Positions 41,442 through 50,724 of a stretch of DNA of 64,000 nt are shown here, one piece after another. How positions within the stretch are numbered: position 1 is the first letter of the stretch; every line of letters begins with the position of its first letter. The translations under genes were made by a program, and so were the position numbers. Below the pieces are notes generated by a model that worked only from the letters and a program-made list of their open reading frames with translations, was not told the DNA's origin and searched no databases. Source of the stretch: an uncultured Nitrospiraceae bacterium (GTDB lineage Bacteria > Nitrospirota > Nitrospiria > Nitrospirales > Nitrospiraceae); assembly GCA_963730935.1 (NCBI GenBank), contig CAVSTP010000001.1:32001-96000 (forward strand), in the 5' to 3' direction.

Positions 41442-42527
41442 ATGATCGAAGTAGCGATCGTCGTGCTGTGCCTGCTCGCCAATGCGCTCATCGCCGGCGC
41501 TGAGATGGCCTTCGTTGCCGTCTCCCGTCCGAGCCTCCGCGAATTGGTCCGTCAGGGACACAAAAAGGGCGATATCCTGCTTCGCCTGAGGGAGCGTCCC
41601 GAACGGACGCTCGCTGTCATGCAAATCGGCATCACGCTTCTCGCCGCACTGGCAGGGGCGGTGGGCGGAGCGGGTGCCGAGGAACAACTGAGTCCTCTGT
41701 TCGAGAAACTGGGCGTCAGCGAGAGCACGGCGGATACGCTGGCTATCGGAGTAGTAGTCGTGCCTCTCACGTACTTCACGGTCGTCATCGGGGAACTCAT
41801 CCCGAAAACACTTGCGCTCAGGCACTCCTTGACGGTCGGGTTGGCAGCGGCTCCATGGCTGGCGTTCTTCGATCGCGTGCTCGGACCGCTCGTGACCATC
41901 TTTGAGTGGTCGACCAAGAGCTTGCTCCGGGTTCTTCGATTGACAAGAGGGTCGCAGAGCGCAGCCCGCGGTGAGGAGGCGCAGGCGGCTACGGTGGAAC
42001 TTGGATTGCTCTCCAGTCAACACCGCCAGTATGTGATGAACCTCGTCGATCTCGAGCGCAAGCGGGTGAAAGATATTTATCTGCCCTGGAAGCACGTCGT
42101 CAAAGCCGATGTCCGGCTCAGTGCGCGTGAGGTGGAGACGATCCTGCTTGCCTCCGGCCACACACGTGTGCCGGTGCTCGATGAAGAAGCACTGGTTGGC
42201 ATCTTAAATGCGAAGGAGTTTTTTGCCCTCCATGCCACGGGATCGGGGCAGTGGCTGTCTCTTGTGCGGCCGGCCGTCGAACTGCAGGACCATCTTCCCC
42301 TGTTGGCGGGCCTGAGGATGCTGCAGGACCGGCGCGTGCACATGGGCATCGTGTATTCCCATCAGACGCGGGTGGGAATCGTCACCCTCGAGGACATCCT
42401 AGAGGAAGTCGTAGGCGAGATTTACGATGAAGACGACGATGGAGCGCTGAAAGCAATTCTCACGGCTTCCCCCAAGACGAGGGGATACTGGAGCGAATTT
42501 TCTCTCGGGCCTTCACGAAACCAGTGA
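41442..42527 (+). CDS. CNNM/hemolysin-family (DUF21 + CBS) membrane protein
   Basis: NA..A..EMA, QIGIT, GELIPK.LA, SGHTRVPV and GIVTLEDILEEVVGEI motifs. Confidence 0.9.
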   Translation: MIEVAIVVLCLLANALIAGAEMAFVAVSRPSLRELVRQGHKKGDILLRLRERPERTLAVMQIGITLLAALAGAVGGAGAEEQLSPLFEKLGVSESTADTLAIGVVVVPLTYFTVVIGELIPKTLALRHSLTVGLAAAPWLAFFDRVLGPLVTIFEWSTKSLLRVLRLTRGSQSAARGEEAQAATVELGLLSSQHRQYVMNLVDLERKRVKDIYLPWKHVVKADVRLSAREVETILLASGHTRVPVLDEEALVGILNAKEFFALHATGSGQWLSLVRPAVELQDHLPLLAGLRMLQDRRVHMGIVYSHQTRVGIVTLEDILEEVVGEIYDEDDDGALKAILTASPKTRGYWSEFSLGPSRNQ

Positions 42528-42573
42528 GCCGGCGCCGTTCCTCATCGCTCCACAGAGTTCCTGCACATATAAG

Positions 42574-42738
42574 ATGCGTGCCTTGTTCCTGATGTGTTGT
42601 CTGTCCGGCCTGGCGGGGTGCTCATTCATCCTCCCTTCCACGCCGCACTCAACCACTCCTGAGAGCTCATGCGCGCCGCTCCATCCCACGTGCTGTGGGT
42701 ATTCCTTCCGCGTGTCCGCAGGCTTCAGAGGATGCTGA
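42574..42738 (+). CDS. Possible small Cys-rich lipoprotein (54 aa)
   Basis: Manual translation MRALFLMCCLSGLAGCSFILPSTPHSTTPESSCAPLHPTCCGYSFRVSAGFRGC; lipobox LAGC; fills the intergenic gap; no clear SD. Confidence 0.4.
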   Translation: MRALFLMCCLSGLAGCSFILPSTPHSTTPESSCAPLHPTCCGYSFRVSAGFRGC

Positions 42739-42756
42739 GCGGGCCCGGTTGACGAT

Positions 42757-44496
42757 TCAGGCGCTTGAGGCAGGCGCTTCCGCGAGCCGTATGCTGTATA
42801 GATAGTGATACAGACCCTGCCGCGCCATCAACTCGCCATGCGTGCCGGACTCCACCACGCGCCCCTTGTCCAACACCAGAATCCGATCGGCCCGCTGAAT
42901 GGTCGTCAATCGATGCGCGATGACAACGGTGGTACGGCCTTTCATCAGCCGTTCGAGCGCTTCCTGAACCAGTCGTTCCGATTCTGTGTCCAAAGACGAC
43001 GTTGCCTCATCGAGCAGCAAGATTCGTGGATTCTTGAGCACTGCCCGTGCGATCGCAATCCGTTGTCGTTGCCCGCCTGACAGATTGATGCCCTTTTCGC
43101 CGACCAGCGTCTGATAGTGATCGGGAAAACCCATGATGAAGTCGTGGGCGTAAGCCGCGCGGCTCGCCTCCTTCACGGCCTCTTCCGTCGCGTCTCGATT
43201 CCCGTAGCGAATGTTGTCGAGGATCGTTCCCCCGAAGAGAATTGTCTCTTGAGGCACGAGAGCGATCTGGCGGTACCAACTCTCCAGCGTCACCAGACGC
43301 AGATCGATTCCATCGACAGTGATGCGGCCTTCAGTCGGATCGTAGAAGCGATGGAGCAGATTCATGACTGTGGTTTTGCCCGCGCCCGTCGGACCGACGA
43401 TGGCCACAAGTTCGCCCGGGGTTGCGTGGAAAGACACGTCCGTCAGCACGGGTTGGCGGGCATCATAGGCAAAACTCACGTGTTCGGCCGCGATGTGGCC
43501 AGAGACCGGGGGCAGGGCGATCGCGTTCGGCAGGTCACGGATCTCCGATTGGGTATCCAGGATTTCAAACACGCGCGCCGTCGCTCCTTGAGCCTCGCGA
43601 ATCTGGGCGAAGACGCGCGCGGCCGAACTGAAGGGCCCGATGAGAATACCTGCGAACAGCACAAAGGCGAACAACTCGCCTGGCGAAACGGCGCCGTCGA
43701 TGACCTGACGCCCCCCGTACCACAAGACGGCCGCCGCGGCGGAGAAGGTGAGCAGACTGATGATCGGAATGAATACGGCCATGATGCCGGCGCGCCGCAT
43801 CGTCAACGACAGCGTCTGTTCGATCTGTGCCGAAAAGCGTGCCTCCTCCCGCGTGGTTTGGACGAACGATTTCACAATGCGAATGCCGGCAATGACTTCC
43901 TCGATCAGCGTGCTGAGCGCGGCGGTCTGATCCTGGATCGAGGTGGAAAGCGACTTGAGCCGGCGGCCGAAGAATTTTGCCACAAACACGAGCAGAGGCA
44001 ACAAGACCAGGATCAAGAGGCAGAGGCGCCAGTTCATCGCCAGGAGAAAGGCGATGCCTCCGACGAAGGTGACGAGCTGTTTGGCGGCGTCGATCGGCGT
44101 CTCGGTGACGACCGATTGAATGACCGTGACATCGTTCATGAGGCGGGAGAGCAGTTCGCCGGTCCGGCGCCGTGCAAAAAAACCCACCGAGAGGGTTTGC
44201 AGATGCGCAAAGAGATGGCGCCGAAAGTCGGCTACGATGCGTTGGGACACCGATGCGGTCAAATAGCTGTGTCCCATCGAACAGAGCCCTTGAATGACGA
44301 CCAATCCGAGAAACAGGGCGATGAGCTCGTTCATTCGGCCGGCATCGTGCTGGACGGTGATGACGTCCCACAGCACTCCGGCAAGGCGCAGCAACGCGAG
44401 ATTGATGGCGGCGACCGCCATCACAAGCAGGCCGGCCAACACCATGCGGAAGAGATACGGTTTCAGGAATGGACGGAAGCGCGCAAAGGTCGACAT
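42757..44496 (-). CDS. ABC exporter, MsbA-like (fused TMD-NBD)
   Basis: Six-TM domain; GELLSRL.ND, GPTGAGKT, LSGGQRQR, LDEATS and IAHRL motifs. Confidence 0.9.
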   Translation of the reverse strand: MSTFARFRPFLKPYLFRMVLAGLLVMAVAAINLALLRLAGVLWDVITVQHDAGRMNELIALFLGLVVIQGLCSMGHSYLTASVSQRIVADFRRHLFAHLQTLSVGFFARRRTGELLSRLMNDVTVIQSVVTETPIDAAKQLVTFVGGIAFLLAMNWRLCLLILVLLPLLVFVAKFFGRRLKSLSTSIQDQTAALSTLIEEVIAGIRIVKSFVQTTREEARFSAQIEQTLSLTMRRAGIMAVFIPIISLLTFSAAAAVLWYGGRQVIDGAVSPGELFAFVLFAGILIGPFSSAARVFAQIREAQGATARVFEILDTQSEIRDLPNAIALPPVSGHIAAEHVSFAYDARQPVLTDVSFHATPGELVAIVGPTGAGKTTVMNLLHRFYDPTEGRITVDGIDLRLVTLESWYRQIALVPQETILFGGTILDNIRYGNRDATEEAVKEASRAAYAHDFIMGFPDHYQTLVGEKGINLSGGQRQRIAIARAVLKNPRILLLDEATSSLDTESERLVQEALERLMKGRTTVVIAHRLTTIQRADRILVLDKGRVVESGTHGELMARQGLYHYLYSIRLAEAPASSA

Positions 44497-44528
44497 GGCG
44501 AAAAGTGAATGTTAGAGAACCCCGGCAC

Positions 44529-44553
44529 AAAAAACCAGTCGGGCGTTGCCGAC
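44529..44553 (-). terminator. Possible intrinsic terminator after the bS22 operon
   Basis: Minus strand GTCGG-CAACGC-CCGAC hairpin followed by TGGTTTTTT; short stem. Confidence 0.35.
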
Positions 44554-44611
44554 ATTCGAGATTTTTGCGAGCGAAGACGGGTAAAGAGGGCGAAGGACCG
44601 AGACGGTGACC

Positions 44612-44830
44612 TTAAATTTGTGCGATGGATTCGATGAGGTTCTTGTTGACGGCCACGAAATCCGAGCGGTCTTTATCGTTCACGACAACATCGGTGAGGC
44701 TGATGAACAGCCGCTGCTCCTCGTTGATCGCATCCGAGACCCGGTTCCGCATGGGCGGAATCAAAAAATCGCCCACGTACACGCAGTTGACCGTGCGGAC
44801 GCGAATGCGAACCTTCTTGCCTTCAGGCAC
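44612..44830 (-). CDS. Small beta-rich conserved protein (DUF6812-like, tentative)
   Basis: SD GGAGG, GTG start; V.T....Y.G...., R.SD.IN, FI.LTD and F.AVNK..I pattern. Confidence 0.7.
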   Translation of the reverse strand: MPEGKKVRIRVRTVNCVYVGDFLIPPMRNRVSDAINEEQRLFISLTDVVVNDKDRSDFVAVNKNLIESIAQI

Positions 44831-44860
44831 AGGTTCTTCCTCCCGGATCCGGTATTGCGA

Positions 44861-44956
44861 TTAGCTCTTACGACGCAGGAACTTTTGACGCCGGCGCAAC
44901 TTTTTATACTTATGCTTGCGCATTTTCTTCCGGCGCTTTTTGAGCACGCTGGCCAT
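44861..44956 (-). CDS. 30S ribosomal protein bS22 (AURKAIP1/COX24/mS38 family), 31 aa
   Basis: Not in ORF track. MASVLKKRRKKMRKHKYKKLRRRQKFLRRKS; SD AAGGGAG; matches the SV.KKRRK.M.KHK..KL.R family signature. Confidence 0.9.
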   Translation of the reverse strand: MASVLKKRRKKMRKHKYKKLRRRQKFLRRKS

Positions 44957-44979
44957 ACGGTTTCTCCCTTACGAGCGGG

Positions 44980-45008
44980 AGTCTAGAAGTTTTCGGCCGA
45001 AATTGCAA
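44980..45008 (-). promoter_or_regulatory. Sigma70-type promoter of bS22, with palindrome in the spacer
   Basis: TTGCAA-N17-TAGACT on the minus strand; spacer holds perfect palindrome TTTCGGCCGAAA (44991-45002). Confidence 0.55.
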
Positions 45009-45055
45009 GACAACGGCGCGATCATGCTGCCGTGTGTCCACGAGATGTCGCGCGC

Positions 45056-45085
45056 TTGACCTACCTGATGAGCCGTTCCTATACT
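45056..45085 (+). promoter_or_regulatory. Sigma70-type promoter for lipoprotein-nadB
   Basis: TTGACC-N18-TATACT, ending 10 nt before ATG 45095. Confidence 0.55.
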
Positions 45086-45094
45086 GCGCACACG

Positions 45095-45598
45095 ATGCAT
45101 GTCTCGAGACGCTTCAGTGTTGCGCTGGCGATGATCGGTCTTGTATGGATTGTCGGCGCCGGGTGTGGTGGCAAGACGATTCAGTATCCAGAAGACCATG
45201 AGCGGTATCTGCGCATCGACAAGGCCGTGGAATCGCTCCGTCAGGCCTACGTGGGCAAAAATGTTTCCGGTCTGGCCGCGCTCATGGTGCCGATGGAGGC
45301 CACCGACCGGTTGCAACAAGAAGCCGAGAGCGATTTCGAAACCTTTCACGACATTGTCATGGATTTTCGCGTCGAACGGATCATGATCGACAATGACGAC
45401 GTCGATGTGTATGTGCACTGGTCCGGATTGTGGAAAAAAGATCCGGAGGATCCCGGCATGCGTCACCGCGGCCATTCGCGCCTGAAGTGGGTCGGCACGC
45501 AGTCGATCTTGTTGGTCGGCATGCAGGGCGATGTCCCCTTCGGCGCAAAGGGTCGTCAGTCGTTGACGAGCCAATCCCCTGTGCCACCCAAGAAGTAA
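45095..45598 (+). CDS. Hypothetical lipoprotein
   Basis: Lipobox GAGC after a hydrophobic stretch; ends 5 nt before nadB. Confidence 0.7.
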   Translation: MHVSRRFSVALAMIGLVWIVGAGCGGKTIQYPEDHERYLRIDKAVESLRQAYVGKNVSGLAALMVPMEATDRLQQEAESDFETFHDIVMDFRVERIMIDNDDVDVYVHWSGLWKKDPEDPGMRHRGHSRLKWVGTQSILLVGMQGDVPFGAKGRQSLTSQSPVPPKK

Positions 45599-45603
45599 CT
45601 GCC

Positions 45604-47247
45604 ATGCGAGCCCGCCGGTCACCATCTCCGCCCGCAGCCGACTTTCTCGTTATCGGCAGCGGCGTCGCCGGTCTGCGTGCAGCGATCGAACTCAGTCGCA
45701 GCGGTCGGGTGCTGGTGCTAACCAAGGGCCATCCGCTCCAAAGCAGTTCGATTCATGCACAGGGCGGTGTCGCGGTCGCGTTGAGCGAAGAGGACGACGT
45801 CGCCATTCATTTGACCGACACACTCAAAGCCGGTCACGGGCTGTGCCGCAAGGAGGCGGTGCGCGTGCTGGTCGAAGAGGGGCCTGCTCGGATTCAGGAA
45901 CTCATCCGATGGGGCGCCAGGTTCGACAAAACCGGCGGCAAATTTGCCTTCGCTCGTGAAGCGGCGCACAGCCGGAGCCGTATCTTGAGAGCTCGCGGCG
46001 ACGCGACCGGAAACGAAATGGTGCGCGTATTGATCGGTGAAGCAATGCGGCAGCGACGCATCCAGCGGCTGGACTATCATTTTACCGTCGACTTGATCGT
46101 CGAAGGCGGCCGCTGCGCCGGGGCGCTTGTCCTTGACGAGCATTCCGGGCGGCGGTTCCTCCTGCCGGCCCGGGCTGTCGTGCTGACCACCGGCGGAGCA
46201 GGACAGATCTTTGCCCGAACGACCAATCCGGCGAACGCGACCGGCGACGGGGTGGCGATGGCGCTTCGGTCGGGCGCCGTGCTGCAGGACATGGAGTTCG
46301 TCCAGTTCCACCCGACGGCCCTATACCTGCCTTCGAGCCCCCCCTTCCTTCTGTCAGAGGCGATGCGCGGAGAGGGAGCCCAGTTGCGCAACAGCAAGGG
46401 TGAAGTGTTCATGCACCGGTATCATCCGATGGGGGCGCTGGCTCCGCGTGACATCGTGTCGCGCGCCATTTGGGCCGAGATGGCGGCGACCAAATCCCGG
46501 CATGTCTATTTGGACGTCACGCACCTCGGGGCCGAGTTCGTCAAACGGCGATTCCCGACAATCTATTCCACCTGTCTTCGGTACGACATCGACATCACCG
46601 AAGAGTGGATTCCGGTGTCGCCAAGTGCGCATTACATGATGGGCGGCGTCTGGACCGATCTAAACGGCGCGACGACGGTTTCAGGCCTGTTTGCGGCGGG
46701 CGAAGTAGCATGCAGTGGCGTGCACGGCGCCAACCGGTTGGCGAGCAATTCCTTGTTGGAAGGGCTGGTCTTCGGCGCCCGAGCTGCAGCAGCAGCGGTC
46801 GCCTATGCCGACCGTCACGAAACGCCGTCCGTTGCCGTTCATGAAGCGGCCTTGAAGGACGAACACTACGGCTCGTTGGACGACGCGGAAAAACTACGGA
46901 GTTCGCTGCGCCGGACGATGTGGGGACAGGTCGGCGTCATCAGGTCTGGCGAATCGCTCATTCGTGCCTGCGCGCAGCTCTCGCGCTGGTCTCAGCTTGT
47001 TGCGCAACCCTTTTCTCAACGCGGCGCTTTGGAAGTGAAAAACATGGTGCAGGTGGCACAGTGTGTTGCCGAAGCGGCGCTGTGGCGCGAAAACAGCATC
47101 GGCGCCCACTACCGCTCGGACTTTCCTCAAGCCAAACGGCCGGGGTGGCAGCAACACAGCCGATTGTCGATGGGGGATGGAATCAGCGGAACGGCGCCAC
47201 GGAAATCTCGTGGTCTTCTGCTGGCGCTGAAGGGGCGAGCTGGGTGA
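45604..47247 (+). CDS. nadB: L-aspartate oxidase
   Basis: IGSGVAG, AQGGVA, REAAHS..RI, EFVQFHPT, SEAMRGEG, LAPRDIV, HYMMGG, HGANRLASNSLLEG and GAHYRSD motifs. Confidence 0.93.
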   Translation: MRARRSPSPPAADFLVIGSGVAGLRAAIELSRSGRVLVLTKGHPLQSSSIHAQGGVAVALSEEDDVAIHLTDTLKAGHGLCRKEAVRVLVEEGPARIQELIRWGARFDKTGGKFAFAREAAHSRSRILRARGDATGNEMVRVLIGEAMRQRRIQRLDYHFTVDLIVEGGRCAGALVLDEHSGRRFLLPARAVVLTTGGAGQIFARTTNPANATGDGVAMALRSGAVLQDMEFVQFHPTALYLPSSPPFLLSEAMRGEGAQLRNSKGEVFMHRYHPMGALAPRDIVSRAIWAEMAATKSRHVYLDVTHLGAEFVKRRFPTIYSTCLRYDIDITEEWIPVSPSAHYMMGGVWTDLNGATTVSGLFAAGEVACSGVHGANRLASNSLLEGLVFGARAAAAAVAYADRHETPSVAVHEAALKDEHYGSLDDAEKLRSSLRRTMWGQVGVIRSGESLIRACAQLSRWSQLVAQPFSQRGALEVKNMVQVAQCVAEAALWRENSIGAHYRSDFPQAKRPGWQQHSRLSMGDGISGTAPRKSRGLLLALKGRAG

Positions 47248-47875
47248 CGGGCCGCTCGGTGATCACCCCGTCGCGCACGAGGAAGGTCCGGTAATAGCGC
47301 AGCACCTTGCGGACGTATTGTCTGGTTTCGTCGATTGGCGGCAACGACTGATACCGATCGACGATGTTTTCGCCAGCGTTATAGGCCGCCAGAGCGAGCG
47401 GCAGGTTGCCGTGGAACCGGTCGAGTAGTTGCCGCAGATATTTCGTGCCGCCTCCCACATTCTCGTCCGGATCGAACATATCCCGTACATCGAGCCGCAC
47501 CGCAGTCTGGGGCATAAGCTGCATGAGCCCGATGGCCCCGGCGCGGGAGACGGCGCGAGGATCGAAGTTCGATTCTGCCTTGATGACGGCGCGAATCAAT
47601 GCCGGATGCAATTGCTGTTGAGATGAATGCCGCTTGATCAGCGGTTCTAGTTCACGCTCCGACAGGATGGAGTGGAAACGCGCCGATTCGACCTCGATTT
47701 TGCGGTAACGGGCATCGGAGGGAACGTTGGTGAGTGAGATGGTGCCGTTGGGGCTTATATATTGGTAGATTTCCGCCTGCAGCCCCGCCGGCGCGAGCAA
47801 CGCCGATGCGACGACGGCAGCGCGTACCGTGCCCATTTGGTACCGGGTCATTTGAGATTTCCTGGTCATACGCAT
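47183..47875 (-). CDS. SLT-domain lytic transglycosylase with N-terminal DUF4124-like segment
   Basis: IYQY....G...LTNVP; ESNF...AVS.AGA.GLMQLMP.TA, ALAAYNAGE and ETRQYV. True start may be downstream (47850 or 47836). Confidence 0.88.
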   Translation of the reverse strand: MRMTRKSQMTRYQMGTVRAAVVASALLAPAGLQAEIYQYISPNGTISLTNVPSDARYRKIEVESARFHSILSERELEPLIKRHSSQQQLHPALIRAVIKAESNFDPRAVSRAGAIGLMQLMPQTAVRLDVRDMFDPDENVGGGTKYLRQLLDRFHGNLPLALAAYNAGENIVDRYQSLPPIDETRQYVRKVLRYYRTFLVRDGVITERPVTQLAPSAPAEDHEISVAPFR

Positions 47876-47981
47876 CCCAACGATAGCAGCCTGTCCCAGC
47901 CTGTCAAGAAAATGCAGATCCCATGCCGGATGTCAGCATAAAAATAACCAAGTAGAACAAGAGGATCGAAGGCGGGCCCGC

Positions 47982-48857
47982 TCACGATTCGAGAAATTTC
48001 CGGCGCTGAGCGACAAAAATTTGATGAAGGCGGCCGGTCAGGGGTCCGGGCGTTCCATGGCCAATCGGATGTCCGTTCAGCTTCGTCGCCGGCATCACCT
48101 CCATCGTGGTATTGCTGAGAAAACTTTCTTCTGCGGCCATCAGCGCCTCGGCGGTGAACCGGCCTTCGTTGACCGGAATCCCGGCTTCCCTCGCTAAGCC
48201 CAGAATGATGCCCCTGGTGATGCCATCCAGAATGCCGCAGGACAGGGCAGGCGTGCAGAGCCGGCCCGACTGCACAAAGAACAAGTTGCTCACCGTGCAC
48301 TCGGTCAGGTGCCCCTCCCAATTGAGCAAGATGCTGTCGAACGCACCCGCAACGATCGCCTCCCGTTTGGCTTGAATGTTGTTCAAGAAATTGGTGGCTT
48401 TGATCTGCGGATCAAGCGCGCTGGGGAGGTTTCGTCTCGTCTGGGCCACGACGAGGCTCACGCCTGTCCGATAGCGCTCGGGGGGAGGGGGCTTGAGCGG
48501 TTGGGTCATGATCACGACCGTGGGCGTGGGACACAGCGCCGGGTCCAAGCCGATGTCGCCCGTGCCTCGCGAAATGGTGATGCGAATGTAGGCGTCCGTG
48601 CGATCGTTGCCGACGCCGTTACGCTCCATTGATTCATGCAGCAGCGACGGCCAGTCGCGCTTGGGAATCGTCAAGCCGATGCCGTCTGCCGAGCGCTGCA
48701 GACGCGCCAGGTGCTGATCGCGCATGAAGATTTGGTCGCCGTAGGAGCGGATGGTTTCGTAGACGCCGTCACCGTAGAGGAAGCCGTGATCAAAGACGGA
48801 GACTCGCGCCTGTTCTTCTGTCACAAAGCGGTCGTTCAGATAGATCCACACCATCAT
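47982..48857 (-). CDS. Class IV PLP aminotransferase (PabC/IlvE-like)
   Basis: DHGFLYGDGVYET, HL.RL..SA, IKATN, E....NLF and ILDGITR motifs; coupled to the PabB-like gene. Confidence 0.88.
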   Translation of the reverse strand: MMVWIYLNDRFVTEEQARVSVFDHGFLYGDGVYETIRSYGDQIFMRDQHLARLQRSADGIGLTIPKRDWPSLLHESMERNGVGNDRTDAYIRITISRGTGDIGLDPALCPTPTVVIMTQPLKPPPPERYRTGVSLVVAQTRRNLPSALDPQIKATNFLNNIQAKREAIVAGAFDSILLNWEGHLTECTVSNLFFVQSGRLCTPALSCGILDGITRGIILGLAREAGIPVNEGRFTAEALMAAEESFLSNTTMEVMPATKLNGHPIGHGTPGPLTGRLHQIFVAQRRKFLES

Positions 48858-50311
48858 GCCCGCTGGAACGAACTGAAAAACGCCTGCGCTTTGTGAAGCG
48901 TCTCTTCGTACTCTTTGGCAGGATCGGAATCGGCGACGATTCCGGCTCCCACCTGCAAATACGCCTTCGGCCCTGTCAGGACGAGCGTCCGGATGACGAT
49001 GTTCAAGTCCAGATCACCGTTCCAACCGATATAGCCGAACGATCCCGTATAGGGACCCCGGCGGACCGGCTCCAACTCCTCGATGATTTCCATGCAACGG
49101 ATTTTCGGAACGCCCGTGATCGTGCCGCCTGGAAAGGTGGCGCTGATGAGGTCGAACGGTGAGGCGTCCGTCCGCAGGATGCCGCACACGTTCGAAACGA
49201 TGTGGCTGACGTGCGAATACTGTTCGATGGTCATGAACTCATCGACCCGCACGCTGCCAAAGTCGCAGACGCGTCCAAGATCGTTCCGTTCCAGGTCCAC
49301 AAGCATGACATGCTCCGCCCGTTCCTTCGGGCTCGCCAACAGTTCACCCACGAGACGTTGGTCATCGTCGGCATCGGATCCTCGAGGGCGGGTGCCCGCA
49401 ATCGGCCGGGTTTCTGCTCGCCGTCCTCTGAGGCGTACCAACCGTTCGGGCGAAGAACTGATCAGCGAGAGATCCCCAAAACGCAGCAGGCCGGAGAACG
49501 GAGACGGATTGACCCTGCGAAGCTGCCGGTAGAGCGCATGCTCATAGCGGAGTCGTTTCGATGCCGAACGATGCTGAGGCGGAAGGTCCGCCGCAAAGCG
49601 ATGAGAGAGGTTCGCTTGATAGATATCTCCGGCGGCGATGTAGGCTCGCGCACGCCTGACCCGATCCAGATAGGCCTCTTTGGTTTGTTCCGGCGCAAAC
49701 GACAAGGGCTCGACCGCCAACGATTCGCGCTCCGGTGCGCGAGCCTTGAGCCGTGCTTCCCATTCTGCCAGCCGATCCTGTCCCTCACGGTAAAGTTTCT
49801 CGCGGGTCTCACCGAGAAAGCGCTCCATCGGAGGACAGAATATGATCTGCAGGCGCTCGGTCCGATGATCCACCGCCGTGACGAGGTCGTAGAGCGCAAA
49901 TTGCATGTCAGGAATATTGAGATCGTCCGCTGCGAGCGGAGGCAGCGATTCGAGACGGCGTGCGAAGTCATAGCTGAAGTATCCAACCGCACCGCCGAAG
50001 AAAGGCGGGAGATCGGGCGCCTGTTCAAACCCAGGCGTGCTAATCGCTTGGCGGAGAGGTTGGAAGGGGTCTTCACCCGACGGTCCGATCAACCGTCCGG
50101 GGACGGAGATGATGGAAACCGGGCCGCTCCCTAAAAATGAATAACCCGGGGCGGTTGTCCGCCCTTTTCCGCTTTCCAATAGGAACGAGGGCTGGGACAC
50201 AGCAGCGATTTTTTCGTAGAGCTCGAGGGGGTGCTGGCCCTGGCTGTCTGTGGAGAGCACCAGCGGCCGCGGCGCGCCGCGCAGGAAGGAAGGTTGCGAG
50301 AATCGGGTCAT
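48854..50311 (-). CDS. pabB: Chorismate-binding enzyme (aminodeoxychorismate synthase component I / TrpE-like)
   Basis: FLLESG, GGAVGY.SYD, GDIYQAN, SSSPE, PIAGTRPR, KE.AEH.MLVDLERND, FPGGTITG.PK and GAGIVADS motifs. PabB vs TrpE assigned by adjacency to the class IV enzyme. Confidence 0.75.
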   Translation of the reverse strand: MTRFSQPSFLRGAPRPLVLSTDSQGQHPLELYEKIAAVSQPSFLLESGKGRTTAPGYSFLGSGPVSIISVPGRLIGPSGEDPFQPLRQAISTPGFEQAPDLPPFFGGAVGYFSYDFARRLESLPPLAADDLNIPDMQFALYDLVTAVDHRTERLQIIFCPPMERFLGETREKLYREGQDRLAEWEARLKARAPERESLAVEPLSFAPEQTKEAYLDRVRRARAYIAAGDIYQANLSHRFAADLPPQHRSASKRLRYEHALYRQLRRVNPSPFSGLLRFGDLSLISSSPERLVRLRGRRAETRPIAGTRPRGSDADDDQRLVGELLASPKERAEHVMLVDLERNDLGRVCDFGSVRVDEFMTIEQYSHVSHIVSNVCGILRTDASPFDLISATFPGGTITGVPKIRCMEIIEELEPVRRGPYTGSFGYIGWNGDLDLNIVIRTLVLTGPKAYLQVGAGIVADSDPAKEYEETLHKAQAFFSSFQRA

Positions 50312-50389
50312 CGTATGCGGTATGCGGCTCAACTGGGCCGAGACCGCTCACTATACCCCATGGATTCGGTGATTTCCCAGCGGCCAAAC

Positions 50390-50419
50390 TTGACAACTTC
50401 ACGGGCATTCTGCTTGAAT
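50390..50419 (+). promoter_or_regulatory. Putative sigma70 promoter of the atp F0 operon
   Basis: TTGACA-N18-TTGAAT with TG extension. Confidence 0.4.
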
Positions 50420-50479
50420 TGCGCGCCCGCCCTTCGGGAGAGTCCTTACTCAGGTACTCGCCTCAGTGGGTCATGGACC

Positions 50480-50698
50480 ATGCCCCAGTCACAGGATCCG
50501 ATTTATGCGGGGCTCGGCCAAGCCATTCGGATCGGAACAGAACTGCTGGCTGCGCTGATCGTCGGTGGGGGGCTCGGATGGGCCATCGACACGTATCTGT
50601 TGGACACGGGTCCATGGGCGCTGGTTGTCGGGTTGATATTGGGTGCGCTGGCCGGTGTCAGAAATGCCTATCGCATGGCGCAGCGGTGGCCGAACTAG
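50480..50698 (+). CDS. AtpZ/AtpI-family ATP synthase accessory protein
   Basis: IG.ELLAA..VG..LGW.ID....T.PW...VGL.LG..AG..N; first gene of the F0 cluster. Confidence 0.85.
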   Translation: MPQSQDPIYAGLGQAIRIGTELLAALIVGGGLGWAIDTYLLDTGPWALVVGLILGALAGVRNAYRMAQRWPN

Positions 50699-50724
50699 TC
50701 GATTGATGCATCGCGAAAGGTTCC

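Noticed and set aside
47912..47928. Sigma54-like GG-N10-GC upstream of the transglycosylase
   Set aside because: Poor match to TGGCAC/TTGC, and a sigma70-like TTGACA-N16-TATCGT (47880-47907) explains the region at least as well.
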